The notes below the pieces were generated by a model that saw only the letters and a program-made list of their open reading frames with translations, did not search any database and was not told the DNA's origin. A stretch of 64,000 nucleotides of DNA from Spirochaetia bacterium (GTDB lineage Bacteria; Spirochaetota; Spirochaetia; CADAEX01): positions 2,848,001 to 2,912,000 of the forward strand of contig OY759746.1 in the NCBI GenBank assembly GCA_963662795.1. Reading direction: 5' to 3'. A program made the position numbers and the translations under genes. Shown here piece after piece: positions 19,172 to 29,722 of this stretch. The first letter of the stretch is position 1, and the number at the start of each line of letters is the position of its first letter.

Positions 19172-21055
19172 ATGCAGTCAACCTTTACAGGAATAGAAAT
19201 TGGTAAAAGAAGTCTTGTAGCGCACAATCAAAGCCTTACAACCATTGGACACAATATAACAAATGCTTCAACAGACGGATACAGCAGACAGAGGGTAAGA
19301 ATGGAAACATTTGAACCGCTTTATGCACCCCACCTCAACAGGGAAAACACCCCGGGGCAGATAGGCCAGGGTGTTGATGTGGCAAGTGTAGAGCGGATCA
19401 AGGATGAAATACTTGAAGGGAGAATCGTATCCCAGGCAAACCAGCAGGGATACTGGGATGGCAGAGATAAGTATCTTCTCATGCTTGAGAAAATCTACAA
19501 CGAACCCGGCGAATTTTCCGTAAGATCTGCCATGGACAAATTCTGGGAAGGGTGGCAGGAACTTTCCATAAATCCTTCTGAAAGGGCAGCCCGGCAGAGT
19601 GTGCTTGAAAGGGGTAAAACACTTATCGATGCAATACATAACCGCTATGAGTCGTTAAAACAGACCCGCGATATGGTAGAAACTGAAGTGACAGGGGCTG
19701 TGAGCAGGATCAACAGTATTCTGTCTGATGTTTCTGCATTGAATGAAAAAATCGTAAAAATAAAAGCAATGGGGGACAATCCCAACGATCTTCTTGACAG
19801 GCGGGATCTTCTTGTTCAGGAACTTTCTTCTATCATCAATATAACAGTTGATAACCGCGATGCGGATGAATTCCAGATACATACATCAGGACTCCATCTG
19901 ATACAGGGAAGGGCCATCAACTATCTTTCTACAGAGATTGATCCGGTAAATGAAGGATATTCAAAAGTTGTCTGGAACGGGACCGGAGAGGAAGCTTATT
20001 TCAAGGGAGGGAAACTTGCCTCATATCTTGAAATGAGGGATTCTGATATTCGTGATGAGATCCAGAAGATAGATTTAATGACTGTTAACTTCATCGATAA
20101 TGTAAATGATCTTCATAAACAGGGATGGGGAGCAAACGGCAGAACCGGAGTGGAATTCTTCAGGGAATACCCATTTGTCCTCTCTGCAGAGGGAAATTAC
20201 GACAGAAACGGCGACGGAGAGTTTGATTCAAGCTATATATTCAGGGTTACAGGGGGAAACGCTCTCTCTCCGCAGGATCTTATCGGAATACGCGGAACCA
20301 TGACTCTATCCGGTGCTGATGAAAATATTGCAGTTCAATACTTTCCGACAGATACTGTCCAGGATGTGCTTGACAGGATAAACAACTCGCCTTCAAAAAT
20401 TAACGCGGTTCTTGACCGGAATGGAAAGCTTGTACTGCGGGCAATGACCTCGGACAGAATCGGAACCCCTGATTTTGTCATAAAACATATTGAGGATTCA
20501 GGTGAGTTCCTTGCCGGATATGCCTCTGTTCTTGCAGGAAGCGGCCCTGACGGTGCTTATACCTGGGAAACAGCAGATGCTGTAGCAGCTTTGCAGACAG
20601 GGGACAGGGCAGCGGGTTTTGCTGTCGCGCCTTTAAGCCATCCCGGAGGGTGGATAGAAATTAACAAGGCAATAATATCAGATCCGCTCACAATTGCCGC
20701 CGGCTTCGGTGAAAACGGGCGGCCTGCAAATCCGGGGGACGGTTCTGCGGCTCTTGCAATAGCGTCTCTCAGGAACCGGCATCTCATGGTAGGTAAATTC
20801 ACAAGCTTTGATCAGTATTTTTCTTCAACAGTGGCAGATATAGGGCTTAAAGGGGAGCAATCGGAAACAGCCCTTGAAACGCAGAACCTTGTGATGAAAG
20901 AGCTTGATGATTTAAGACAGTCAATTTCAGGCGTTAACCTGGATGAGGAGCTTGCCCAGATGATCAAGTTTCAGCACGGTTACTCTGCTGCAGCAAGGTT
21001 TATATCCCAGATGAGCGATATGCTTGACACAATCATAAACAGACTCAAGGTATGA
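19172..21055 (+). CDS. flgK: Flagellar hook-associated protein FlgK
   Basis: GHNITNASTDGYSRQRV, NDLLDRRD, SGVNLDEE. Confidence 0.97.
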   Translation: MQSTFTGIEIGKRSLVAHNQSLTTIGHNITNASTDGYSRQRVRMETFEPLYAPHLNRENTPGQIGQGVDVASVERIKDEILEGRIVSQANQQGYWDGRDKYLLMLEKIYNEPGEFSVRSAMDKFWEGWQELSINPSERAARQSVLERGKTLIDAIHNRYESLKQTRDMVETEVTGAVSRINSILSDVSALNEKIVKIKAMGDNPNDLLDRRDLLVQELSSIINITVDNRDADEFQIHTSGLHLIQGRAINYLSTEIDPVNEGYSKVVWNGTGEEAYFKGGKLASYLEMRDSDIRDEIQKIDLMTVNFIDNVNDLHKQGWGANGRTGVEFFREYPFVLSAEGNYDRNGDGEFDSSYIFRVTGGNALSPQDLIGIRGTMTLSGADENIAVQYFPTDTVQDVLDRINNSPSKINAVLDRNGKLVLRAMTSDRIGTPDFVIKHIEDSGEFLAGYASVLAGSGPDGAYTWETADAVAALQTGDRAAGFAVAPLSHPGGWIEINKAIISDPLTIAAGFGENGRPANPGDGSAALAIASLRNRHLMVGKFTSFDQYFSSTVADIGLKGEQSETALETQNLVMKELDDLRQSISGVNLDEELAQMIKFQHGYSAAARFISQMSDMLDTIINRLKV

Positions 21056-21083
21056 CTCTTAAAAATGATAAGGAAGTAATGGT

Positions 21084-22331
21084 ATGAAAAGAATAAGTAC
21101 AGATATGCCTAATAACGATATGCAGTATTATATGAGAAGAAAAGAAGCCCTTTTAAACAGTATGCAGGGCAAGATTGCGGGGCAGAGCAGGATCCAAAAC
21201 CTCAGGGATGATCCCGTTGCCGCTGCTCACTCTGTAGTACTTAAATCAAATATTTCAAGACTGAAACAGTTTGCTGATAATACAGGCGAGGTTCAGAGCA
21301 GGGGAAGGGTAGTTGAAGGATATCTCCAGGAGTCGTTAAGCATAATGCAGAGGCTTAATGAAATTGCTGTCCAGGGGGCAAACGGGACTTATAAAAAAGA
21401 AGAAACAGGAATGATGGGTGATGAGGTAAATCAGCTTTTAAACGAACTTGTTCAGATATCAAACTCCCGCCATGGAGACGGAACTGCCCTTTTTTCAGGC
21501 GACAGATCTTTAAGTCTTGCATTCAGGCCGGTTGAAGGGTATGTCGAAGGCAGCGGAAGGGAGCTTATTACTGAGGTGGAGTATACAGGTACAATTAATC
21601 CGGGAATGGCTGAAGTATCTGATAATGCATATGTTGAATCAGGATTCCCGGGCAATACCCTCTTCTGGGCTGAACAGCAGATTGTAATATCATCAAGGAA
21701 CTCCGAAAACTTTTTTGTTCAGAATGATTCTTCTGTGCTTATTGACGGCGTAAAGGTCGATTTCAAATCAGGAGATAATATTCATGCTGTAATTTCCAGA
21801 ATCAACGATTCCGGAGCACCTGTAAAAGCTTCTCTTGATCCTGTTAAAAACTCTTTAACCCTGTCTACAACTGAACCTCATCAGCTCTGGATTGAAGATG
21901 TCTCCGGAGGCACAGTTTTTCAGGAAACCGGCCTTGTCAAAGCAACAAACACGAAACCTCCCCACAATATTGCACCGGATGCCAGAATTTCGGGCGGGTC
22001 GATCTTTGACATGGCGATAAAGCTCAGGGACAGCCTTTATACTGGAAATGTCATCGATATAGGAAGCGGTTCACTTAAGGGAATACAGGACGGGATAAGT
22101 CATCTTGTTTCCCAGGCCGGTAAACTTGGAGCCAGGGATGAGAGGCTTGAACTTGTTAAAGGAAGGCTTGAGTATCAGATTCCCGAGATAACAGCAATGG
22201 ATTCACGGGAAACAGATATTGATCTTGCAGAAGCAATTACAGAACTGAAAATGCTTGAATTTACCCACAAGGCTTCGCTGCAGACAGCTGCGCGGATACT
22301 TAAACCAACACTTCTCGATTTTCTGAGGTAA
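21084..22331 (+). CDS. flgL: Flagellar hook-associated protein 3 FlgL
   Basis: RIST, DDPVAA, AVQGANGT, C-terminal TLLDFLR. Confidence 0.96.
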   Translation: MKRISTDMPNNDMQYYMRRKEALLNSMQGKIAGQSRIQNLRDDPVAAAHSVVLKSNISRLKQFADNTGEVQSRGRVVEGYLQESLSIMQRLNEIAVQGANGTYKKEETGMMGDEVNQLLNELVQISNSRHGDGTALFSGDRSLSLAFRPVEGYVEGSGRELITEVEYTGTINPGMAEVSDNAYVESGFPGNTLFWAEQQIVISSRNSENFFVQNDSSVLIDGVKVDFKSGDNIHAVISRINDSGAPVKASLDPVKNSLTLSTTEPHQLWIEDVSGGTVFQETGLVKATNTKPPHNIAPDARISGGSIFDMAIKLRDSLYTGNVIDIGSGSLKGIQDGISHLVSQAGKLGARDERLELVKGRLEYQIPEITAMDSRETDIDLAEAITELKMLEFTHKASLQTAARILKPTLLDFLR

Positions 22332-22336
22332 TTTTA

Positions 22337-22792
22337 ATGGAGCTTAAAACAAAACCGTTCGGTGTCATAAATATTGAAGAAAAGCAGAAAATAACATTTA
22401 CTAGAGGAATATTCGGCTTTGACAATATCAGGGAATATGCCCTTTTAAACGCAAGTCAATGGCCGTTTTTCTGGCTTCAGGCGATTGATGTACCTGATCT
22501 TGCTTTTATTCTTATAGATCCGCTGATTTTCAGGCCTGATTATACACTTGATGTGGATGAGAGCGATCTTCTGGATATTGACCTTAACCCCGGAGACAGG
22601 GATAAAATGCTTGTTTTTTCAATAGTAACTGTACCGGACGATCAGAAAAAGATGACAGCCAACCTTCAGGGGCCGATAATTATCAACAGGGAAAAGCGGA
22701 CCGGACGGCAGTTTATTTCAACAAACCAGAAATGGAGCGTCAGACATTTTATAATGGATGAACTTGCTGAAAAAGGCGGTTCTAAATGCTGA
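22337..22792 (+). CDS. fliW: Flagellar assembly factor FliW
   Basis: [35 protein letters not shown]. Confidence 0.96.
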   Translation: MELKTKPFGVINIEEKQKITFTRGIFGFDNIREYALLNASQWPFFWLQAIDVPDLAFILIDPLIFRPDYTLDVDESDLLDIDLNPGDRDKMLVFSIVTVPDDQKKMTANLQGPIIINREKRTGRQFISTNQKWSVRHFIMDELAEKGGSKC

Positions 22793-23016
22793 TCCTTTCC
22801 AGAAAAATTAATGAGAGCATTATAATAGGTGACAATATTGAACTGTCGATTGTCGATGTAAAAGGGGATCAGGTAAAAATCGGGATTGAAGCTCCAAAAA
22901 ATATAAAAGTATTCAGAAAAGAAGTTTATCAGGCTATACAGGAAGAAAACAGGGCTGCTGCCCGTTCTGCTGTTGACGTTTTTCCATCACTGGATGACAT
23001 ATTGAAAAAAGAATAA
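22786..23016 (+). CDS. csrA: Carbon storage regulator CsrA
   Basis: [31 protein letters not shown]. Confidence 0.97.
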   Translation: MLILSRKINESIIIGDNIELSIVDVKGDQVKIGIEAPKNIKVFRKEVYQAIQEENRAAARSAVDVFPSLDDILKKE

Positions 23017-23026
23017 AATATTATCC

Positions 23027-24181
23027 CTATTCGTCCGCATCGGCAAGCTCGTTATAAAGCCCGTCAATATCCTTATTTATATTCATAAACAGATCTATAA
23101 GTTCAGGGTCAAAATGCTTACCGCGGCCCTGATGTATTATTTCCAGTGATTTTTCATGTGAATAGGCCTCTTTATAGACTCTTTTCATTCTCAGGGCATC
23201 ATAAACATCGGCAAGCGCAACAATCCTTGCAGATAATGGTATATCATCGCCTGCCAGAGCGTATGGGTAGCCGTTTCCATCCCATTTTTCATGGTGTGAC
23301 CTGGCAATTTCCATCGCCATTTTATCCGGATAGGAACTTAAAATAAATGCCCCGTTTATTGTATGCTCTTTCATTATCTGCCATTCATCATCGGTAAGTT
23401 TGCCGGGTTTTTTAAGTATGCTGTCAGGCGTTCCTATTTTCCCTACATCATGCATTGCTGCCAGAAATTTAATGTTTATTACAAATTCCATATTGACCTG
23501 TTCATACTTCTTGCTGTTATAAAGCACATCTGCAATCCTGTATGAATACTGGCTTACCCTCTCTATGTGATTGCCTGTATCGTCATCTTTGAGTTTTGAA
23601 GCTTCAAGGAGAGTCTTGAAAATATTTTTCAGAAGAATATTGTTATCCTCTGTAATATCATTTATTATTCCGAAATATCCGTCAGGCCCTTTTGATTTTT
23701 TTTCATTAACATTTTTAAAATAGGGTAGTACTATTAAGTTGGCCTTTGAGGTAGCCCTGTCACGGCCGGAAACTTCCGCCCTTCCTTCCCACGAAAACCC
23801 TCTTTCCGGAGAGGAAATGGAATCATACAGGCTTTGCAGCCTTATTTTATTCATGTAAGGGTGGAAAAGCTTCTGGATAAATATATAACTGCTGCTGTCC
23901 TCGATTGTAAAATAGCGGTCGGCTTCTGTGTTCATCCAGATTACCCGCAGTTTTTTATCCATAAAAAAAACAGGAACAGGGGCTTTTCTGAATTTCTGTA
24001 TCTCAAACCGGAATGAAGTGGCATTAAGTATCTGTACAGTATTCATGTGATAATTTTCTATATCTTCCGGAGTTTCCGGTTTTGCAAAAACTTTAAGTAT
24101 ATCTGCTTCGGCGGTTATTTCCTCGACTTCTTCAATTTCTTCGAGATCTTCGATTTCTTCAAGTATATTGTCACTATTCAT
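23027..24181 (-). CDS. HD-GYP c-di-GMP phosphodiesterase with a PAS-like N-terminal region
   Basis: TGNHIERV, MHDVGKIG, HHEKWDGNGYP, ADVYDAL, RVYK. Confidence 0.92.
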   Translation of the reverse strand: MNSDNILEEIEDLEEIEEVEEITAEADILKVFAKPETPEDIENYHMNTVQILNATSFRFEIQKFRKAPVPVFFMDKKLRVIWMNTEADRYFTIEDSSSYIFIQKLFHPYMNKIRLQSLYDSISSPERGFSWEGRAEVSGRDRATSKANLIVLPYFKNVNEKKSKGPDGYFGIINDITEDNNILLKNIFKTLLEASKLKDDDTGNHIERVSQYSYRIADVLYNSKKYEQVNMEFVINIKFLAAMHDVGKIGTPDSILKKPGKLTDDEWQIMKEHTINGAFILSSYPDKMAMEIARSHHEKWDGNGYPYALAGDDIPLSARIVALADVYDALRMKRVYKEAYSHEKSLEIIHQGRGKHFDPELIDLFMNINKDIDGLYNELADADE

Positions 24182-24184
24182 TTA

Positions 24185-24865
24185 TTACTCCGATGCAGAT
24201 TTTTCTTCAGCATCACTCTTTCTTATATAAACCGGGCCTGAGTCATCTGAATCTATTATTCCTTTTTTAAACAGTTCATGACCCAATTCGAGACAGTAAA
24301 TAATTCTGCTCTTGTTTGAAGCATCATCTGTAAAAATATTTTTTACATCGATATCTGCCGCATCTTTAAGCTGCATGAATAATTTAATACTGTCAGGTCC
24401 TGTCAGCAATACTTTTTTATATTTTTTTGTTAATTCAGCAATTTCTCTGCAGTCTGCGTCAAGGTAGTCCGATTTTCTGATTCCTCCATCATATACCGCA
24501 GTATAAAATCTGTTCTTTTTTGCATCTAGGACAGGAACAACTGCCCCGTCAAAATAATTATATCCTGAAGCAAGAAAATCAAGTGTCGGTACAGAAACAA
24601 CAGGGACAGATAGCGCAACTGCCATTCCTTTGACAGTTGACATCCCGATTCTAAGCCCTGTAAATGAGCCGGGTCCTTTAGCGCAGACAAGAAGATCAAT
24701 TTCAGATATTTTTGTTCCGGCAGCATCAAGTACCAGTTCCGCAAGAGGGAGAAGCTTTTCCGAATGCCTTAATGCCTCACATAGCGTAAACGAGTATGTT
24801 CCCCTGTCGTTTTTAAGTGCAATTCCAAGATTATCAGTGCTTGTGTCAAAAGCAAGTATATTCAT
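24185..24865 (-). CDS. tsaB: tRNA t6A biosynthesis protein TsaB
   Basis: ILAFDTST, HSEKLLP, GPGSFTGLRIG, LDAKK, PVYIR. Confidence 0.95.
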   Translation of the reverse strand: MNILAFDTSTDNLGIALKNDRGTYSFTLCEALRHSEKLLPLAELVLDAAGTKISEIDLLVCAKGPGSFTGLRIGMSTVKGMAVALSVPVVSVPTLDFLASGYNYFDGAVVPVLDAKKNRFYTAVYDGGIRKSDYLDADCREIAELTKKYKKVLLTGPDSIKLFMQLKDAADIDVKNIFTDDASNKSRIIYCLELGHELFKKGIIDSDDSGPVYIRKSDAEEKSASE

Positions 24866-25284
24866 AATTCAATTCCGTCAATAGTAATTTTTCTGCTGTT
24901 GTTTTCTTTTATTGCTATATCCACCCTGATAATATCAGGAGGCAGATAATCGCTGATTTTTTCTGCCCATTCAATAACTGAAACACCATTTGAGTAGATA
25001 ACTTCCCTGCCGCCGATCATTTCAAATTCCTCAGATGTGGATATCCTGTAGAGATCCATATGATAGAGGTTAAGTGTACCCTCGTATTCGCATAATAGAG
25101 TAAAAGTAGGACTCGTTATGTTGCTTTCTATTCCAAGGCCCCTTGCAATACCGCGGGTAAAAACTGTCTTGCCTGTGCCAAGTGTTCCGGATAGTGAGAT
25201 AACAGCACCGGCCTGCAGGACAGATGCCAGTTTCTTTCCAATTTCTATTGTGTCGTTTTCAGATTGTGAGAAAAAAGTTTTCAG
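24862..25284 (-). CDS. tsaE: tRNA t6A biosynthesis ATPase TsaE, 140 aa, apparent CTG start
   Basis: Frame extends beyond the 65-aa track ORF: (M)KTFFSQSENDTIEIGKKL...SGTLGTGKT (Walker A)...SPTF...HMDLYR...IEWAE; first codon after an in-frame TAA is CTG. Confidence 0.93.
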   Translation of the reverse strand: MKTFFSQSENDTIEIGKKLASVLQAGAVISLSGTLGTGKTVFTRGIARGLGIESNITSPTFTLLCEYEGTLNLYHMDLYRISTSEEFEMIGGREVIYSNGVSVIEWAEKISDYLPPDIIRVDIAIKENNSRKITIDGIEL

Positions 25285-25547
25285 TTAAGTGATCCTTCCG
25301 TCTGCATATCAGATACAAACTGTTTAAGCGATTTAATGGCAGGAAGCATTGGGTAATTGATACTGCTGTTTATCAGAACATTGATTATTGTATCGCCGAT
25401 TGCTGTTTTTTCAATCGAAAATTCCACAGATGCTGTTTCAGTTTGTGAATTTTTACCATATTCAAAAACCGCATCTGCGCAGTAATTATTTCTATAGTAA
25501 AGAAAAGAGTCTTTCTTTTTGATATTATCAAGTTGTTTTACAATCAT
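25281..25547 (-). CDS. Small hypothetical protein
   Basis: 88-aa ORF in an operon-like run; its stop overlaps the tsaE start. Confidence 0.75.
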   Translation of the reverse strand: MIVKQLDNIKKKDSFLYYRNNYCADAVFEYGKNSQTETASVEFSIEKTAIGDTIINVLINSSINYPMLPAIKSLKQFVSDMQTEGSLN

Positions 25548-25575
25548 GTTCAGCTAAAGTTTACCAGTTTTGGCA

Positions 25576-26709
25576 TTAGTAATCAAGAATGCTCTCTTTT
25601 TCTCCTATTCCATATACATAGGAATTTATTGAATTCATGTTCTTTTTTGTCATTTTTGTAAATTGTATGTGCATTACATTGTTGCCGGGCCCCTCTTTAC
25701 GGATATTAACAACTTTACCAAGAGCAGTCATTGTGCTTTTCCTTTCAAGACCTATATCAACTTTTAAAAGCTCTCCCCGGTTAAGATAGGCCCCGGCCTT
25801 TATGCTGCATCCTCCTGCGGATATTTCAACAACTGTACCGAGTTTACCTTTAGCGTCATTAACAACTGCTTTTCTTACAGCCGATTTTCCGGAACCGACC
25901 GTCGCAATGGAAACTCTATAGAAATAACATGGCCTCCCCAGGTCTTTTCTGGGAAAATGCCGCTGTTTTGATGTGCTTATTGAATTGGAATGCTGAAGCA
26001 TCATAGCTGCCGCATTTTTCATAGTTGTATAGCCCATTACTTTTGACGCGAAAGTATAACCCCTGTCTCCTTTTTCAAAGAGAGAAACTGTTACATTTTC
26101 CCATTTGTTTAACCGCAGCGGTGTTCCGTCAGGCTGCAGCGGGATGGTAACACAAATTGAATCCTTTAGATTTGTCAATATCTGGGCTGTGTATCTTGCT
26201 CCTGTCCCTGTTGTAATATTTATCTGTCTGCCGGAATTAAGCTGTCTTGATGTTCCTATTTTTTTACCAGTTCCGCTGTTCCTGTCCATTTTCTGTTTGA
26301 TTGTAAAAAGCATCATCTTGTAGTTTTCTTTTACTTCCGGAGCATATGCTCCGCTGTCATAGTCGTGCACAGCTTTTTTCATGGTAGTATTGAAAACATT
26401 TGGGGATGTTATAAAGATAATAGGGGAAGAGATCCTGTATTTTGCTGCAATATCTTCGAGCAGTTTTGTCTGCATTGCGGTAAGTCCCAGATTACCGGCT
26501 ATTTTTTTAAACCTTTTTTTCCCTGCCCTGGGCGAAAGCGGCTTTGATGAACCTGATCCAGTTGCAGAGGCACCTCTTCTTCCTGCCAAAGAACCTATTA
26601 TCATAATCAGTATAAACGCGCCGAATATTCCCAGTGTGATATAAATAGTTTTTGAATCTGCTGTAGGCAGTGCAAAATTTGACTGCATTAAAAATAAGGA
26701 ATTTATCAT
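25576..26709 (-). CDS. Membrane-anchored PilZ-domain (flagellar brake / YcgR-like) c-di-GMP receptor
   Basis: N-terminal TM; QRHFPR (RxxxR) and EISAGG (D/NxSxxG variant). Confidence 0.85.
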   Translation of the reverse strand: MINSLFLMQSNFALPTADSKTIYITLGIFGAFILIMIIGSLAGRRGASATGSGSSKPLSPRAGKKRFKKIAGNLGLTAMQTKLLEDIAAKYRISSPIIFITSPNVFNTTMKKAVHDYDSGAYAPEVKENYKMMLFTIKQKMDRNSGTGKKIGTSRQLNSGRQINITTGTGARYTAQILTNLKDSICVTIPLQPDGTPLRLNKWENVTVSLFEKGDRGYTFASKVMGYTTMKNAAAMMLQHSNSISTSKQRHFPRKDLGRPCYFYRVSIATVGSGKSAVRKAVVNDAKGKLGTVVEISAGGCSIKAGAYLNRGELLKVDIGLERKSTMTALGKVVNIRKEGPGNNVMHIQFTKMTKKNMNSINSYVYGIGEKESILDY

Positions 26710-26742
26710 TAAATTCTCCCGCTTTTTTTCATTATTTTTTAA

Positions 26743-27606
26743 TTAAGCATCAGCCATTATATCATCACTCATTATATCAAAAAACTGCTCTATTGCCGGT
26801 GCAATTTCATATTCAAGCAAATCTCCTGTGAGAACAGAATCTGACCGCGACAATGCGTCTACAAGTTCATTGAGCAATTTATTATAACTGCTTAAAGTTT
26901 CTAAATCGATTTTACCGGTATCGATATTATAATAGCTCATAAGTCTTGATAATTTTTTTGAAAAATCAATAAATTCAATTATTTTTTCCATTGCAGCGCT
27001 GTCTTTTCCTGTCTGCATCAGTACAGATATATTGCCCAGCTCAGGAAGGAAGTTTTCAAACCATGCTTTTTCTTTTGCCAGTTCTTCCCTGGTCAGGATT
27101 ATTTCCTTTTTCCGGCTTTCAGCTATGAAAATAATATTATCACTGAAATTTCTCAAATCAATTAAATCATTTTCAGAGAACTCTTCTTTTTCTGCTATGG
27201 ATTCTATAAATCCGCTTCCTTCTGAATTATATACCCTGTCAATGACAGATTCCAGATGGGATTTTATTGTACTGTATTCTGCAAGATATTCTTTAATTCC
27301 AGTCTTGTTTTTTCCCTCAGTAAGCTGTTGCAGAGTTTTAAAAAAATCCTGTATCAGAATAAGCTGATAATATTTAAACTCTTTTAGTGTTACAGTAGTT
27401 ATGCTGATTTTATCAATTTTCTCTATGCTGATTTTATCAAGAGAAGATTTGTCGTTGATATAGTATTCTTTGTCATTAACTGAAGCACTGCTTATAAGCA
27501 TATTACTGCTGTTAAGCCAATTTGAAAGCGCTGTAATAACTTCAAAACTGTTTTTTTCCCGCTCCAGTGTGAAATCAATTAATTTGTTGTCGATCAGAAT
27601 TTGCAC
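26743..27606 (-). CDS. Hypothetical protein downstream of fliD
   Basis: 287 aa; C-terminal DSVLTGDLLEYEIAP motif of the type seen in flagellar-region hypotheticals. Confidence 0.75.
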   Translation of the reverse strand: MQILIDNKLIDFTLEREKNSFEVITALSNWLNSSNMLISSASVNDKEYYINDKSSLDKISIEKIDKISITTVTLKEFKYYQLILIQDFFKTLQQLTEGKNKTGIKEYLAEYSTIKSHLESVIDRVYNSEGSGFIESIAEKEEFSENDLIDLRNFSDNIIFIAESRKKEIILTREELAKEKAWFENFLPELGNISVLMQTGKDSAAMEKIIEFIDFSKKLSRLMSYYNIDTGKIDLETLSSYNKLLNELVDALSRSDSVLTGDLLEYEIAPAIEQFFDIMSDDIMADA

Positions 27607-27670
27607 AATATGCTCCCGAAGAAAAAAATTATTGTCGAGGTCCCTTGATTAATTGTCGGAAATTGCCGGG

Positions 27671-29695
27671 TTATCTGGAGTTATTCGTATTCATATTCTG
27701 GATAGAGGCCGATGTTTTTTCAAGGTCCTGAAGAGAGCCTTCCATCATTCCGTATTTCCTTTTTAGATCCTGTTCGGTTTTGACAAGTTTTTTATTATAA
27801 TTTGTAATATCAGTTTCTGTTCTGCTTATGCTGCGGTCAATGGTACCTGTTTTAAGTGATATGATTCCGCCTGTTTCATTATATGCTTTTAAATAATTAT
27901 CAAGCTCATAGGCAAGCCCTGAATCAGTTATAAGGTCGGAATCCGTGTCATAACCAAACAGATTCTTTAGAATTGTACCGTTTGCTTCAATCTCCGCGTC
28001 AAGTTTCTCTTCATTTATTTCAAGATATCCCCGCAATTTGGAAGCGGCTCTGGATCCTGGAGCGCCGGTATTGGTAGAAATACCAAGCTGTGCAAGTATT
28101 GTCATCTTGTTGTCGTCATTCCATGGATAGGCATTAGTCATTATCCTCTGCAGGCGGTCCCTTAGTTGTGTCAGTGAAATTTCTCCCTGCAGAATACCCA
28201 TTCTCTCTTTAGCCGATTTTCTCTCTTCATCGGAAAAATATTCAATCTCATTGATAATATCTTCATTGTTACGTGAAAGAATCTGCACTTCCGCCATCAG
28301 ATTGTTATAGTATCCTACAAGCTCAATAATTGAGTTTTTTATGTTTTCCGTATCCGGTTTTATTTCAATTTCGGTTTTTCTCTCACCGGGAGCCTTGAGA
28401 TTAAGTGTAACTCCGGGTATCAGGTCATCAACAGTGTTTGATGCCCTTGTAATTTTTATACCGTCTATTTCAAGTTCGGCATCGGCAGCTTTTGATGCAG
28501 GATTGGCCGGTACCAGTTCTCCTCTCTCCTCGGGGTTATATATCCTTATATTTGAAACAGTAAGTTCCCTGTGTGTGTTCCTGTTTCTTAAGTTAAGTGA
28601 TGACAGTGCCCCGCTTAATTCGGAAAGAGGTATTTTAATCTTCTGTGGTTCTTCTGTATCGCTTATCTCGCTGCCTCTGGTTATACCGTTTCCTGCCCCT
28701 AAAAAATATACAGACATATCTGTAATTTTTTCCTGCGGGGGAGGGGGAACCTGATCTGATAACGGGACATCAAAAGGGTTGTTTGTAATTGTAATATCCT
28801 CAAACTGCATTATTCCCGGAGAAGGAAGAACAGGGCCGGAAGAAGGCGCCGGCGCAGCTGAAGCTTCTTCCTCTGAAAGTTTTTTAAGGGTTAAATCAAA
28901 TTCAAGCACCATATTATTTGCAGGAGCAGCGGGCGGCTTGATAGCGATACTCAGTTCCTTTCCGGAAAATAAAGTTAAGGAATTCCCTTCTGCCGCTAAT
29001 GAGTATCCATTCTCATCAATCGGCGCATTCCATCTGCTTATATTGCCGGCTGAAGGGATAATTTCTCTTGCGGATGATTGGGATTTTTCCATTATTCCTG
29101 TTTTAAGCGCAAAATCAGCTGCTTTTTCGCTGAATGAGAGTCTGTTTTCCAACCCCGTTATTTTTGATTCGATCACAAAATAAAGATTATCGCTGTCATA
29201 ATTTATTACGGTTGACTTAATCTGATCCTGACTGTTCTTATTTATAAAGTCAGAAAATTCCCTGATTGTTCCGCCGCGGAAATCCAATTCTATTTTTTTC
29301 TCGCCCACAAGGAAGGTATACCTTCCTTGTTCTACTTTTTCTTTTTTGGAAACAGGACGTGATACAAACCTGTCTGCCTCTGCTATTGCCATAATCCTGA
29401 TATCACGTTTCTCTACAGCTGCATTTCTTTCTGCAGATGCTGTTAAAGATGATTCGTCAGAAGAAAAAACTTTTTTATCCTCAAAAGGATTCTGGAAGCT
29501 GTAAAGTTTACGGGAAGAGTCCCTGAGCGTTGTGAGTTTCCTGTTTAGATCAAGCCATGTCTGTTTTTGTTTTTTACTAAGCTCATTTTTTTCTTCAAGC
29601 CTCTCCAGCGGAATACGCTCGACTTTCATGAGTCCTTCGATAATTTTATCTGAATTGATTTTACTTGTTACGCCGGGGATTGATATATCAGACAT
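27671..29695 (-). CDS. fliD: Flagellar filament cap FliD
   Basis: MSDISIPGV, IDGIKITRASNTVDDLIPGVTLNL, C-terminal coiled coil. Confidence 0.96.
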   Translation of the reverse strand: MSDISIPGVTSKINSDKIIEGLMKVERIPLERLEEKNELSKKQKQTWLDLNRKLTTLRDSSRKLYSFQNPFEDKKVFSSDESSLTASAERNAAVEKRDIRIMAIAEADRFVSRPVSKKEKVEQGRYTFLVGEKKIELDFRGGTIREFSDFINKNSQDQIKSTVINYDSDNLYFVIESKITGLENRLSFSEKAADFALKTGIMEKSQSSAREIIPSAGNISRWNAPIDENGYSLAAEGNSLTLFSGKELSIAIKPPAAPANNMVLEFDLTLKKLSEEEASAAPAPSSGPVLPSPGIMQFEDITITNNPFDVPLSDQVPPPPQEKITDMSVYFLGAGNGITRGSEISDTEEPQKIKIPLSELSGALSSLNLRNRNTHRELTVSNIRIYNPEERGELVPANPASKAADAELEIDGIKITRASNTVDDLIPGVTLNLKAPGERKTEIEIKPDTENIKNSIIELVGYYNNLMAEVQILSRNNEDIINEIEYFSDEERKSAKERMGILQGEISLTQLRDRLQRIMTNAYPWNDDNKMTILAQLGISTNTGAPGSRAASKLRGYLEINEEKLDAEIEANGTILKNLFGYDTDSDLITDSGLAYELDNYLKAYNETGGIISLKTGTIDRSISRTETDITNYNKKLVKTEQDLKRKYGMMEGSLQDLEKTSASIQNMNTNNSR

Positions 29696-29722
29696 CCAGG
29701 TTTATTTATCCCCTCCCGCATA

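Noticed and set aside
27640-27680. Sigma28 promoter after fliD (TCCGACAA on the minus strand)
   Set aside because: There is no TAAA-like -35 at a suitable spacing.
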